Part shown: one piece after another, positions 10,394 through 23,813 of the stretch | Position numbering within the stretch: the first letter of the stretch is position 1 | Layout of the letters: every line of letters starts with the position of its first letter | DNA from: Macrostomum lignano | Taxonomy: Eukaryota | Assembly: GCA_002269645.1 (NCBI GenBank) | Contig: NIVC01000868.1 | Location: forward strand, 186,001-250,000 | Length of the DNA: 64,000 nucleotides | Direction: 5' to 3' | Notes under the pieces: generated by a model | What the model saw: only the letters and a program-made list of their open reading frames with translations | Database searches by the model: none | Told to the model about the DNA's origin: nothing | Translations under genes and position numbers: made by a program

Positions 10394-12129
10394 TAAACGC
10401 AGTCATTCGATTCAAAAATGAAAGAGCAATAAAGCTCGACGCCGGGTCTCCAGGACTGAAAGCTTTCGGGATTCCAGCACTTATCCGAGAACTCCGAGGA
10501 ACCCCCCCCCCGACCGCCTGTTTCAGGCGCTCTAGCCGTGGCCTACGTCACGCACCGAGCTACTCAGGGGATGAGCCGTGGGGCAGAAAGTGCAAGCTTG
10601 TGAGCGGCCAGGCTACTCAGGCACCGGCAGGCCGGACCAACTGCCCAGTGAAGGGTGGGGGAGAAAACGGAAGGAGAAGCTGATGGAAGCAGAGCTGAGT
10701 CCGATAGCAAATAATTGATGAGCCCAGGTGCCCGTCCTGCTGGACTGCAAGTCTATCTTGACCAGCTCAGGTACTGTTGGCGGAAAATCATTCCCAATTC
10801 CCATCTCCCTAAGTAAATCCCCTATCAGCTGCCTCCGTGAGCTTCCCACTGCTCTGCATCAAACTGGCAGCGTCAAGCAGAATTCCTCCAGCTCAATTAT
10901 TTTTGTTAGAATTTTTTATCAGCGGTTGCCAAAGTTCCTCGCAATAAAACTGATGAAGTTGCGGTTGGCAGGTAGGATAATTGACCTGGGCAGCTGGAAG
11001 GTCGCTCCGATCCACACTCGAATGGGAGATTGCTGGAGTGCTCAGGATTAGTCCAGATTGGGATTTGCTCCGCCGCTTCTGCCATCGAGAACTCACTTCC
11101 CCACCGAGAGGATTATCGGCTGGCCGCAGGGATTAGCAGATAGAGATTAAATTGCTGCGATCTCCCGTTTCCATCCCATTCCAGTCTGACTTTTAGCCAG
11201 TGCACTTTCCTGCCACATGAAATCTGGCCTGTCAGCTGGGTGAGGAGCCCAGACTCCCCTGCTGTCTGGTGCCGCACCCGCACTCTCCATCTCCCATTAA
11301 AACACTGCGGGGGCACTTACTCCCCTCTCCCCCGCACTTCCCCTCCCCCTGTTTCCCCATCCGGCTTCGCTGGCGGCTCCGAATTGGAAATTTCCCAGGA
11401 GCTCTCGAAGGTCGGCCGGGCCTGAAGGCGAGCGGCTCCTGCCTGGCCGATGGGGCGGGGGGGGGGGCAGCGGCAGCCACCCCTGGGATCGCTGAGGTCG
11501 GCCTGGTAGCCGGGATTGTCCTGACATGACGCGCCTCTGCCCCTTCCTCTCCCTGTGCTCAGCCTTCCTGCCCCAGCAGCGGGGACAGCCGCTGGGATCC
11601 CCTGCACCACTGAGAGGCGCCCAGCCGCCCCCGCGTTAAATACATTTTTTCTTTCAGCTCCGCGCTACCAGGAGGCTGGTAGGAATGATGGGGCTGAATC
11701 GATGCCGCTGAATCGATCCAATAGATCTAGATAAGCAGGGGAAACTTGGTTAAAAAAAGAGAGAGACGCAATGAAGGAGGAAAATGATTAGCAGTGCTTG
11801 AGAAAAGACGGGGTTTCGGTGACTATGGTCAAGATTCACTACTGCTCCAGTTGCTGGCTAAAATTAGGAGTGCAAAAGAACTCGTGACAGCAATTTTGCC
11901 AGCCACTGCTAAACTCTGACGCTCTCTTTACTAAAGTGCATCCTGAACTGCCGTCCGTATTGATTATTGCAGCCAGCCAGACCGGTAGCTGAAAGTGTGA
12001 GGAGTTTCAATCCGGGAGCGGAAGGCTGAGCTGCCTTTTCAGTGGGCCTGAGAGCTTGGGAGCTGGCGGGGAGCCCGCGTTTCCATGGGCCGGCAGGGAG
12101 GCTAAGAAAACTGCCGGCGTGCGATGCGG

Positions 12130-13190
12130 TAACTGAGGTTGAGGAGGCACTGAAGCACTTGCAGGAGTTAACAATGACTATGCGATAACTGAGGTTGAGG
12201 AGGCACTGGAGCACTTGCAGGAGTTAACAATGACTATGCGATAACTGAGGTTGAGGAGGCACTGGAGCACTTGCAGGAGTTAACAATGACTATGCGATAA
12301 CTGAGGTTGGGGAGGCACTGGAGCACTTGCAGGAGTTAACAATGACTATGCGATAACTGAGGTTGGGGAGGCACTGGAGCACTTGCAGGAGTTAACAATG
12401 ACTATGCGATAACTGAGGTTGGGGAGGCACTGAAGCACTTGCAGGAGTTAACAATGACTATGCGATAACTGAGGTTGAGGAGGCACTGGAGCACTTGCAG
12501 GAGTTAACAATGACTATGCGATAACTGAGGTTGAGGAGGCACTGGAGCACTTGCAGGAGTTAACAATGACTATGCGATAACTGAGGTTGGGGAGGCACTG
12601 GAGCACTTGCAGGAGTTAACAATGACTATGCGATAACTGAGGTTGAGGAGGCACTGAAGCACTTGCAGGAGTTAACAATGACTATGCGATAACTGAGGTT
12701 GGGGAGGCACTGGAGCACTTGCAGGAGTTAACAATGACTATGCGATAACTGAGGTTGGGGAGGCACTGGAGCACTTGCAGGAGTTAACAATGACTATGCG
12801 ATAACTGAGGTTGAGGAGGCACTGAAGCACTTGCAGGAGTTAACAATGACTATGCGATAACTGAGGTTGGGGAGGCACTGGAGCACTTGCAGGAGTTAAC
12901 AATGACTATGCGATAACTGAGGTTGAGGAGGCACTGAAGCACTTGCAGGAGTTAACAATGACTATGCGATAACTGAGGTTGGGGAGGCACTGGAGCACTT
13001 GCAGGAGTTAACAATGACTATGCGATAACTGAGGTTGAGGAGGCACTGGAGCACTTGCAGGAGTTAACAATGACTATGCGATAACTGAGGTTGAGGAGGC
13101 ATTGGAGCACTTGCAGGAGCTAGCAATGACTATGCGATAACTGAGGTTGGGGAGGCACTGGAGCACTTGCAGGAGCTAGCAATGACTAGG
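12130..13190. repeat. 56-bp minisatellite (GATAACTGAGGTTGAGGAGGCACTGGAGCACTTGCAGGAGTTAACAATGACTATGC), about 19 copies
   Basis: Period 56 seen directly, with near-identical copies. Confidence 0.95.
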
Positions 13191-13771
13191 GGATAACTGA
13201 TAGGGAGAGGTAGACAAGTAGCTAAGGAAGGAGTTGCAGAAAGTGAACGATTCACAGTTCTGTACTGTGCGAAATGCCTTAACGGAATTCCAGTGGGCAA
13301 AGTTCGAAAAGTAGATCACCGCAATCTCATTTCCATCCAGCCGTGGGGAATCTCCATGCAGTCTCCACTCAGAATCCCCCGAACTTGATGGTGCTGTGGA
13401 GGCGGGGCTCCTGGGGAACTCAAAGCGCATTTCAGGCTTGATTGGCGCTGGGGCAGACAGGGGGAGATGAAGCTCGGAGGCCGGTGGGGGGCAGTTAATG
13501 GGCCTAAAAGCAATTCGACTGCCCTCGCCCGCCTCCGTTTTCCATTATCTGCGGGTCTTTGATTTATCTGTGAGCGCAGCTTTTTCGGCCTTTGGACGCA
13601 TTTTAAGCGGGCTTCGGTGCTTTTGACTGTTGGACAGCTCGGGCAACCCTCGAATCGATTTTGCACTGAGGGACGAAATGAATTATTCATCTCAGCTTTG
13701 CTGCCGATGGGACCGACGGAGACGCCAGCTGGGACAGCGGGCGAGTGCAAAGGCGATTCAGTCATAGCCTG

Positions 13772-14270
13772 CTGGCCTGAGAGAGTGAGGGCCAATGCGA
13801 TTCAGTCATAGCCTGCTGGCCTGAGAGAGTGAGGGCCAATGCGATTCAGTCATAGCCTGCTGGCCTGAGAGAGTGAGGGCCAATGCGATTCAGTCATAGC
13901 CTGCTGGCCTGAGAGAGTGAGGGCCAATGCGATTCAGTCATAGCCTGCTGGCCTGAGAGAGTGAGGGCCAATGCGATTCAGTCATAGCCTGCTGGCCTGA
14001 GAGAGTGAGGGCCAATGCGATTCAGTCATAGCCTGCTGGCCTGAGAGAGTGAGGGCCAATGCGATTCAGTCATAGCCTGCTGGCCTGAGAGAGTGAGGGC
14101 CAATGCGATTCAGTCATAGCCTGCTGGCCTGAGAGAGTGAGGGCCAATGCGATTCAGTCATAGCCTGCTGGCCTGAGAGAGTGAGAGCCGATGCGATTCA
14201 GTCATAGCCTGCTGGCCTGAGAGAGTGAGGGCCAATGCGATTCAGTCATAGCCTGCTGGCCTGAGAGAGT
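13772..14270. repeat. 44-bp minisatellite (GCGATTCAGTCATAGCCTGCTGGCCTGAGAGAGTGAGGGCCAAT), about 11 copies
   Basis: Direct tandem repetition. Confidence 0.95.
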
Positions 14271-14608
14271 GAGGGACCAATGCGTCACTCGCCTCCCACA
14301 GGCTAGGGAGAGTGAGGGGCCAATGCGTCACTCGCCTCCCACAGGCTAGGGAGAGTGAGGGGCCAATGCGTCACTCGCTTCCCTTAGGCTATGGAGAGTG
14401 AGGGGCCAATGCGTCACTCGTCTCCCACAGGCTATGGTGAGTGAGGGACCAATGCGTCACTCGCCTCCCACAGGCTAGGGTGAGTGAGGGACCAATGCGT
14501 CACTCGCCTCCCACAGGCTTAGGGTGAGTGAGGGACCAATGCGTCACTCCCCTCCCACAGGCTAGGGTGAGTGAGGGACCAATGCGTCACTCGCCTCCCA
14601 CAGGCTAG
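14262..14608. repeat. About 43-bp minisatellite (GTGAGTGAGGGACCAATGCGTCACTCGCCTCCCACAGGCTAGG), about 8 copies
   Basis: Tandem repetition. Shares the GAGTGAGGG-CCAATGCG core with the adjacent 44-bp array. Confidence 0.93.
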
Positions 14609-15055
14609 CACCAACAAATCTTGAGTCGTAGAGATTCCACTCTAAGCATTGCAGATACGGGGAAAACTTACATTGAAGGCCGAGTTGCAGCTGCTGAAGG
14701 AGTCTCCTGTTGTGCCAAAGTCCGCCAAAGGCCAGCAGCAGCTGTGGACTTGTTTCGTACAAGCCAACCAAGCCCTAGAGAGGTCGCAAAACCAACGCCG
14801 CTCCCAGCACGGGGCTTTATGCAGGCCTCCCCTTCTTCCCACTCTGCCTCCCTCTGCCCCGATCCCAACTCCCATCTCGCGTCTCTCTTGCGTCTGCCAA
14901 CACCAGCTGCCCCTCACGGAGCTAAAGTTTGCAGCCTGCCGCCATTGGCTGCTGACCGGGGGGGGGGGCTGGCTTGCTCTGCCTGAGAGCTTGCTTGACA
15001 TGAACTTTGATGTTCTCACCGAATCACCAAGCGGCTGAGCAGCTCCAAGCGGCTT

Positions 15056-15364
15056 AGACAGCTGGGATGCAACTCCAAACTGTGAGACTGGGGTGGTCTC
15101 TAGACAGCTGGGATGCAGCTCCAAGCTGTGAGACTGGGGTGGTCTCTAGACAGCTGGGATGCAGCTCCAAGCTGTGAGACTGGGGTGGTCTCTAGACAGC
15201 TGGGATGCAACTCCAAGCTGTGAGACTGGGGTGGTCTCTAGACAGCTGGGATGCAGCTCCAAGCTGTGAGACTGGGGTGGTCTCTAGACAGCTGGGATGC
15301 AACTCCAAGCTGTGAGACTGGGGTGGTCTCTAGACAGCTGGGATGCAGCTCCAAGCTGTGAGCT
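15056..15364. repeat. 46-bp minisatellite (AGACAGCTGGGATGCAGCTCCAAGCTGTGAGACTGGGGTGGTCTCT), about 6.5 copies
   Basis: Period 46 seen directly. Confidence 0.93.
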
Positions 15365-16708
15365 GAGGCTTGACAACTAATTTTTCAGGTTCTTCCTCAC
15401 TGACACCCTCCTCTCCCCTCTCCTCCCACGTCTCCTCTCTACTCTCTCATTTATCCTGTCCAGCATTCCCTTCACTCTCTTCCCCACCTCTCCACCCATC
15501 TCCTTCCCTATCTCTTCGCGGAGGCACTACACCGAAGGCTATTTAATTTCCTGAAAAAGGTTTCTCAAATCGAAAAAGCCTCGTATTCGAGGCCCGCACC
15601 AATTTGCGATCTCAGAATTCCACACCTGATCCCCTGCCCCTGCTCTCTCTGTCACCTGATAATTGATAAACATCTCACTCCATTCGCCATCTCTGCCACT
15701 CGCGTGCTCATGCTGCCAGCAGTTTTTGTGGAATAACAGAGGCAGTCGTGGCTCAATTATGACTGGCGCTATTATGACTGGCGCTATTATGACTGGCGCA
15801 TCCGGGACTGCCGGAAATGGCGCGGGCAGCGCAGCCCCCTTTCTCGCCTCCGCACACGCAGTTGATTTTCCGCGAGGACCCTCAGCCCCACCGCGGGAAT
15901 ATCCTGGCTGAGCTCGCAGGCCGCGGGAATTCTCAGGGCCTCGGAGTCCATAAAGTGCAAACCGTCGCCGCGGGAGCCAAAAAGGCGATGCTCTCGGCAC
16001 TGCCTGCGCGGGCGGGGAGAGAGCGGAGAGTCTCAAGAAGGCCCCGAGCTTCAATTAGCATACTGGGCTGCTGGGCGCTGCATCGGATATGCGAGCCCAC
16101 GAGCTGAGGAGGCGGCGGCTGCTGATTCAATTTCTTGGAAACGAATTTCGGAAAGAATTCTGGGGCTCTATCTTAGGTCACGGATGGCTCGGGTGCATGC
16201 TTGGGAGCTCATCCCCATGCGAATTCTCCCAGTATCTGCCTGGCAGCGCTGCAGCCCCAGCCACTGCCAGGCTCAGATTCTGCCAACACGGGTTTTCTTG
16301 GCTTTCATAAATTTTGCATCTCCTGCGTTCCCCTCGGCTCTCCCATCTGAACGCTTCCTTAAACTCAGTGATTTGATTGCAGCAGGAAACGGAGCTGGAG
16401 TTTCCTGGCCTGGCAACTGCTTGCTGCAATCGCGCTCGCAAAACAAGAAATACCTGCAAGTTTTATGTCAGGATTTTAATAATAAACCAAGCACGAAAAT
16501 TATGCATTGAGGATTCTCGGGGGTGATGAATTAGGACAGAGGATTATCAAAATTGAGGATTACTGATAAGGGTTATGAGTTTAGAACTATTTATTTAACG
16601 GATTAGAATAAGGGGGACAATGACTAAAGATTAAAGCTTTGAATTGATTTGAAATTATGAATCGGGATTATGAAATCTGACTTTGGAGCATTAAAAGAGG
16701 AGTTTTGG

Positions 16709-16885
16709 AGAACAGCTTCACCAATCACAGCTTCACCGATCACAGCTTCACCGATCACAGCTTCACCGATCACAGCTTCGCTGATCACAGCTTCGCTGAT
16801 CACAGCTTCACCAATCACAGCTTCACCGATCACAGCTTCACCGATCACAGCTTCACTGATCACAGCTTCACCGATCACAGCTTCA
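16709..16885. repeat. 15-bp minisatellite (CAGCTTCACCGATCA), about 11 copies
   Basis: Direct tandem repetition. Confidence 0.92.
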
Positions 16886-17351
16886 CAAAGCAAAAATCGC
16901 ATCTCCAAGTCGCAGTGCTGCTCAGCCTGATGCCCAACTCGTCAAATCCTGCTCCAGCTAAAGTGCAAAGCCGTGCAGAAATACGCGGCCCAATCTCCAG
17001 GTGAGCGCAGCTCAAATATGCGCGGCAGCCGGGTTTGCTCAATCCGATAGCGGCTCTGTTTGCTCAGACCGAGAGCGCGCGAGCTCGATGTCTCAGTCTG
17101 AGCCGTCCCTGTCAACAGGCACCCTGGATGGTCCGAAATCTCTGCTTGGGGAAGATGATGGACGAGATGCGCGAGTTTCTTGGGCCGGTCGCAAGCGCTA
17201 AGCTTCTGTGTGGACCCGACAGCTGACAAGTCCCAGCTCTTGATGTCAAGGCGTATTTTTAAAATAATGCACCTAATCCGCTGTCCAGATGACAGGGCTC
17301 AGCAATGTTTTTTTCTAAGCTGGTGCATGTGTTTTGGGTGCATTTTTGTTA

Positions 17352-17939
17352 CTTAAAGTCACTGAGCTCATCATGTTCAGCCATCCAGGAAATCTCTCAC
17401 AAAGCTTAAAGTCACTGAGCTCATCATGTTCAGCCGTCCAGGAAATCTCTCACAAAGCTTAAAGTCACTGAGCTCATCATGTTCAGCCATCCAGGAAATC
17501 TCTCACAAAGCTTAAAGTCACTGAGCTCATCATGTTCAGCCATCCAGAAAATCTCTCACAAAGCTTAAAGTCACTGAGCTCATCATGTTCAGCCATCCAG
17601 AAAATCTCTCACAAAGCTTAAAGTCACTGAGCTCATCATGTTCAGCCATCCAGAAAATCTCTCACAAAGCTTAAAGTCACTGAGCTCATCATGTTCAGCC
17701 ATCCAGAAAATCTCTCACAAAGCTTAAAGTCACTGAGCTCATCATGTTCAGCCATCCAGAAAATCTCTCACAAAGCTTAAAGTCACTGAGCTCATCATGT
17801 TCAGCCATCCAGAAAATCTCTCACAAAGCTTAAAGTCACTGAGCTCATCATGTTCAGCCATCCAGAAAATCTCTCACAAAGCTTAAAGTCACTGAGCTCA
17901 TCATGTTCAGCCATCCAGGAAATCTCTCACAAAGCTTAA
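17352..17939. repeat. 53-bp minisatellite (CTTAAAGTCACTGAGCTCATCATGTTCAGCCATCCAGAAAATCTCTCACAAAG), about 11 copies
   Basis: Period 53 seen directly. Confidence 0.95.
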
Positions 17940-19688
17940 ACCCCTAGCAGAATGGGATATCGAAATGGAATAATGAGCCATCGTAAATGCAGAAAAATTA
18001 GGCTAGGATGAACTATAGCTGATTCATACGCTCAAATTAAACATTGTGGAGACCTTGTAGAGTTCTAGTAGGACGGTAGAAAGTAAGGGACAGGAAAGAA
18101 TTGGGAAGCGGGACAAAGGAAAATATGAGACAGAGAGCCAGCATAGGCTGAGGTGGCTGAGGAAGTACGCCTTACTAACTATGTCCGATCGATGGAGCTG
18201 CACTTGAGATGTGGAAGCTGGGAAAGAAAAGATGGAGACGCTGAGGAGGAAGAGGACAGAGGCTGTGTGGGGAAGTTCAGGAAGCCTCTCCGCCTTGCCT
18301 CACAGTGGCGGGAGCGGTGGGCAATTCGTGTCGAAAATGGTGGCCCCTAGTGCGAGAGTGAAGCGCAGGGAAGGCTGCAAATCACGGAGGCGAGATGAAG
18401 CTTTTTTGGTAACGCATGGAAGCCTAAACTAATGAGAGACGGAAGTCAAAGGGAAGAGTAGGAGCAGCGCGGATAGAGAAGTGGGGCTGAAAATGCGAAG
18501 CACAATCTCTTCAGAGACTTCATTGCAGAGCACTGCTGCTTCGAATCTGTTTTGAGCTTTTCTGACTCCATATCTCATACACTAGAGCATCTTTTCTTTT
18601 TTCTCTGCCCCCGATGACTGATTCCATTGATTAAACGGTATATCATATACTCTTTGACATTCATGACGTACACAGACCTACCTACACAGTAGCTAATTTT
18701 CAATTTACGTTCGTGACATGCCTTACCTGGGTGTGTAGCGGACTAGCAGTTTTTCAAAATGTGATCACAGCAGACCTTGCGAAATCAGTCTATAAAGACA
18801 CACATTATGTATGCAGTGTCCCAGTCATGTACATGTACATTGCATTATCAAGTACATGTACATGTATGCAGCTAAACACTTTATTGGATTTTCTAGCAAA
18901 CGTGGGGGCCATTGCCCCTCCCCACTCCCCCGCATTACGCTCGTTACACGTACGCCTAGATGTTATACATTTATGTCTGCTGCATGGATTCATGTACCAA
19001 GGACCACTAGCAGAAATGTACAGCTAGCTGCATGTAAGCTAGTATATGGTATGCGTGCAATATAGTACTTACACGCAAACAGGTAAGGAAATAATTTTGG
19101 TGTAATTTATGCTAAGGAAAAATGCTTTTAATCTGACAAAAATGCATTATTAAGAATATAGCTCGTATATATGAAGTATAAACTTGAGCTACATATTCGC
19201 TGCTTCCTTCCATATATTTTTAAGCCAATCGCATCGATCACCTAATACGAGTAAATATCTATAAAGAATAAATCATTCTTTTTTCTGCATTAAGGGGGTC
19301 TAGTATGCGGATGCATGCAATATAACACGAGGGAATTACTTTGATATTTAATATTTAATATTTTTAATATAATATTTAACACTTTAATATTTTACTTCAT
19401 AAAGCTACTAAACAGATAAATAATAAAACTTATTACTGTTTATTTCAAAACCGATAAAAGCTTTTTGCTATTAATCATTAACAAATAGATCGTTCTGTAT
19501 AATAAATTGTTTTAAACAACATTGCAGCCAGCACGCTCTCCAAACGTTCTAAGAAACAGAAAATCTATCTGCAAAACCGACTAAAAAGAGCAGCTCAGCA
19601 TTTTATTATTTATTGTCTGGTGTGTACAGTTTATTTGCGATTCAAATGTACTATTTAATATCCAGGGCAAATTTTTGTTAAATTAGAA

Positions 19689-19859
19689 ATGTCATTGTTG
19701 CTTAACATCGTTGACTTCGATCCAAAAAAGCCAAAAAAGCTAACCAAAGTCAAAGACAAAGACAAAGTAAATAGGGATCATCAAAATTCTAAAAATGGTG
19801 ATGAACAGCTTAGGAAAGTTGAAAAGAAGGCATCAAAAAGCAAAGAAAAACCAGAAAAG
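19689..19859 (+). CDS. Candidate first coding exon of DDX31 (Lys-rich, MSLLLNIVDF...EKPEK)
   Basis: ATG at 19689 and donor AAG|GTAGGT after 57 whole codons (phase 0), matching the phase-0 acceptor at 25190. The LLLNI start resembles the N-terminal LLN motif of Dbp7/DDX31 proteins as I recall it. The AT-rich composition, unlike the other exons, lowers confidence. Confidence 0.45.
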
Positions 19860-20252
19860 GTAGGTCAACCAACGTTTAATGCATATAACATTTTTATTAT
19901 TGGCATGCTAGCATCTTATTCTTAGTGCCAGCAAAAACCCAGTATCTCGAGGTGATTTGACACTGAATTTTCTATTGAAATATCTGATACCAAAACATAT
20001 AGCATCATAGTATGAAGGGCATACTAAAAGTTTTGAGAGACACTAAAACCACAAAAGTCTGAGACAAAATTTCTGTCACAATTTTTTTAATCTGAAAAAT
20101 ATTAAAAAATTCATTTTAAAGCATAAATTTCAAGCTTTCTGGGTTTTTAAAGCTCATAATAAGGCATTTGAATAAATCTTTGCATGTATCAATTTTCTGC
20201 TATAAATAGTATAGGTGAAAAAGCAAAAAATCAATCAAATTATTAACCAAAA

Positions 20253-20699
20253 GGCAGTTGTTATTTGTCCGGTGACCAGACGAATAGCGATGTGGTTATT
20301 TGTCCAGTTACTAGATCCTGACCATGCTTTCCTATTCATCCAGTTAATACTAGACAAATAAACATTTTGTTATTTGTCCGGTTAAATTGATAATGCTAAA
20401 ATATCTAGTTTATAAAAACCACAAGGGTAAATATTCCTAGACTTCAAAGACTTCTTACTTGTGTCTTGATTATTATATTGTTATACTAGTGTGTGTCTTA
20501 TACACCAAATTATGCCAAATTGAATACACTGCTTTGCTTACACTCAAGTAATACAAGAAAATATTAATCAGTATATGAGAAAAGGTCTTAAAAGTCTAGA
20601 ATATTCATCACGAAACAAATAAGATATATGTATTAGCAATTTAACCGGACAAATAGCAAAAAGGCTATTCGTCCGGTCACTGGACAAATAACAACTGCC
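20253..20699. mobile_element. 447-bp MITE, Mutator-like (MULE) non-autonomous element
   Basis: 36-bp terminal inverted repeats GGCAGTTGTTATTTGTCCGGTGACCAGACGAATAGC (2 mismatches), extra subterminal inverted repeats, and a perfect 9-bp TSD TAACCAAAA at 20244-20252 and 20700-20708. Confidence 0.85.
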
Positions 20700-23600
20700 T
20701 AACCAAAATGGGTCCCCCAAAAAGGTTATTAATTGTTGCAACACTGGCATAGATTTGAGAATATGAGCAAACACTTAATTTTTTTGGTCTGCATTTGTAA
20801 TTATTCAATTATTGTTTGAGCATGCACCTAGCATGATCTAGAGTATGGTTTTCAAACTAAGTCCCAAACAGTTAGCTCTTTATCAAAGGGAAAAGAAAAA
20901 AATTATAGGATGCTAGGTTGATTTTAAATATTTCACCAACTAGACTCTATTCTTGGCCAAAAGTGTCAATGTTTTAGCAGCTATGTATATTGGAATTGTT
21001 ATAGTGTAGCAACAGGCCATTAAGACTGTTAGTTTAATATGTAGCCAGTGTCTATACTAGGCCTATGCATTGAACACAAGCAATAGGGCCTAGGAACTAG
21101 TTGATATACTAGTAAATTGACTATCTGCCTGTCTTGGAAGGCCATAGTTGCCAAGTAGCCAGCTTGGCTAAAAAAGTCACCCTTATCTGTTTCCTTATGC
21201 TGTGGGCCTACTTGACCTTTGTTAGAATCGCATTATGTGCCAAATTGTTAACTGCTACTTGGTTTCTAGATTGTATTGGTAGACCCAGGTCTCATTGTGG
21301 TGATCTCTCAGCATTGCTTTGAGATACCAGAATTGAATATTTTGAGCATGAACTTGCACCAATGCATCTTCTCCATTTTTTGGTCCTCTGTCAAGTTGTG
21401 GGGCACCTAGTGAATACCATTAGAGGCTCCTAGCTTGTTGTGCAAGATGTTTGTAACTACTGCCAATCCAATGCCAAGAGCTTCTCTGGTTGATTTTGGC
21501 ACAAGTCATTTGTTGGTCTGGACTTCTTCAAGTTTATGTTGATAAAATACTTCCGATTTTTCGATTTTTCTGAAACTTGCGGTGGAGACTTATGGGGCAC
21601 CCAAAATTATAAAAATGCAAAAAAAAGTGTAGAAAGTTACCTGTACGGTTGATGCAATGACAATTTACTTGATTCCCTATTCTCTTAATGAGGTTTGGTG
21701 AGAAAAAGTTTCTACAAATACATTTTTGAAAGTGTATCCACTTGACTTTTAATTTTATGGCACATGTGCTAGAACTTCATTAGGCCAATTAAAGATGAAT
21801 ATTAATATCTACAAATTAATATGCAAATGTTTTTTTGTTTGCGGATTATAGTTTTTCTATTTAGTTATAATGCATAGACAGTGCCACGTCACTGTGTGCC
21901 TTTTTTTAAAAACTGCCACGTCACAATCCGCTCAATCTTTGCACTTGCACTTTCACTGCACCCAGCCAAAGCAACGTTCAAAACTCGCACTTGTATTTTG
22001 CACCTCAAAACCAACTACTGTACAAGGCTAGATTACTAATTTGATTGTATTAAGGCAGTAACAGCACTTAATTTCAGTAAGCAAATTCATTTCGATAAAG
22101 TTATGTTGATTCAAGTTTATGTTGATATAATTAAACAGAGATTCATTGTCAAATAAATTCCAACTTGTTTCAACCCCCCCCCCCCCCTATTAGAATTGGA
22201 ATTTATCAGCACAATCTTGAATAGGTCTCTATGCCTCTATTCAAGTTTATGTTGATAAAATCAATCCCCATGAAGAATCTCCCCACCCTAAAACCCCCCA
22301 TTCCCCATGCCCCGATGGTTGGTTTTAACTACATTTAATTGGGTTAAAGCTACCTAAAAATGGAGCTCAAATTTGAAATCAGCACCATCAAAAACCCCTA
22401 TACATGTAGAGACAAAATTATGATCCTATCCAAATTGAAACTATTTTATCAACATAAACTTGAAGAAGTCCGTTGGTCTTTGTCAATCATTCTCTAGACA
22501 GCAATGATGTTTTTGTCTATGACTATAGAAGCTCGATATCCCATCTAAGGTTTGTCATCAAGGCTGCTTTGGCCCTACTTATATTTGCTAGACTACCAAA
22601 AAACTGCTGGCATAGTCTCCAAAGACAGCATATAAACTTTCAATGCATTACTTTTGTGTGAGACCTTTTTGCTAGTCATGGCATAGAAGTTATTATTTGT
22701 TAACTCCATTGGAGCAAGTACAGTTTGATAGAAGGTATTGACTTTAAAGAGTAATTGTGAAAAATTGACAAGAGTGCAAAGGCTGAAAATTTATACCTAA
22801 TCATATTAAGGGTGGTAAAGTATGTATTTAAAAATTTGTATAGATTTGACTAATGAGTCAGCCATATCTCAAAATTTTTAGTATACTCCTTGTATCTATA
22901 ATCAAAATAGTGGCTTTTGCCATGGATAATTCTAGTGTATATAAACTATTACTAATTTATTTAGTGCATAATCATAGCATATAATGTGGTTTCTAGTGCA
23001 CATAGTGCTTAACCTTTTTTGACAAGTTTATTGTAAAATATATGGGCTAATTTTTTGTTAATCTTATTTGCATTTATTAGGTATTTAATTTCTTTGTATA
23101 TTCTCAAAATTGGACAACTATTTAGAATCAAATTGAATTAACCAAATATTCAGCTTGAATTAGAACTGAAAAGTTGGCAATCTGAAGATTTAAAAGTTGC
23201 TTTAATATAGGCAAAGATTTGGAGCAAATCAAGAGTTGAGTATTAGTATTATGGCTTACAAGTATAAATAAAGGGAAGGAATTGGGGATATATTAATTAG
23301 GAGATTAAGGGCTGAGAAGTTTGTATTTGAAGAATTGAGAGTTTTAAGGATTGTGGAATTGTGGCTCATAAATGAAAAATGGAATTTAGGATAGGATAAC
23401 ATGTGGAATGTCTTGAAGAAAGGCAGGGGTGCTTAAGCAGTTTTGAGCACATTGTGCTTAGATTAAGTAGTGAGGCTTTTGGAGGCTTTAAGGCTTTAAG
23501 AGCCCTTGAGGCTTTAGGAAAAGTGGAGCATTAGGAATCAAGTTTATAGAACTTGGATTTAGGGGTATTAATTCCCACAAATTTGGAGGGATTTAGTTGG

Positions 23601-23813
23601 AATTTTTTCTGGGTGAATTTCATTGGACAAGAAGTAAAGATGCAAGCCTTTTGGTTGAGGGCTGCTAAAGGTAATGTGGCTGAATATTAAATGCCATGTG
23701 TTTCTAGCAGTGAGTATACATGTAGCTAGACACCCTATTGGAATAAAAGTTGAAAACCTGCAGATGCGCGCTTTAGAGTAGAGTCAAATTATTTTACCTC
23801 GCTTTAGCATTAT

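Noticed and set aside
14621-15038. ORFs 14621-14986 and 14649-15038
   Set aside because: Protein-like in places but with no recognisable family or reliable splice partners.
12130-17939. Regular arrays resembling CRISPR
   Set aside because: Units are head-to-tail with no unique spacers, there are no cas genes, and the context is eukaryotic.
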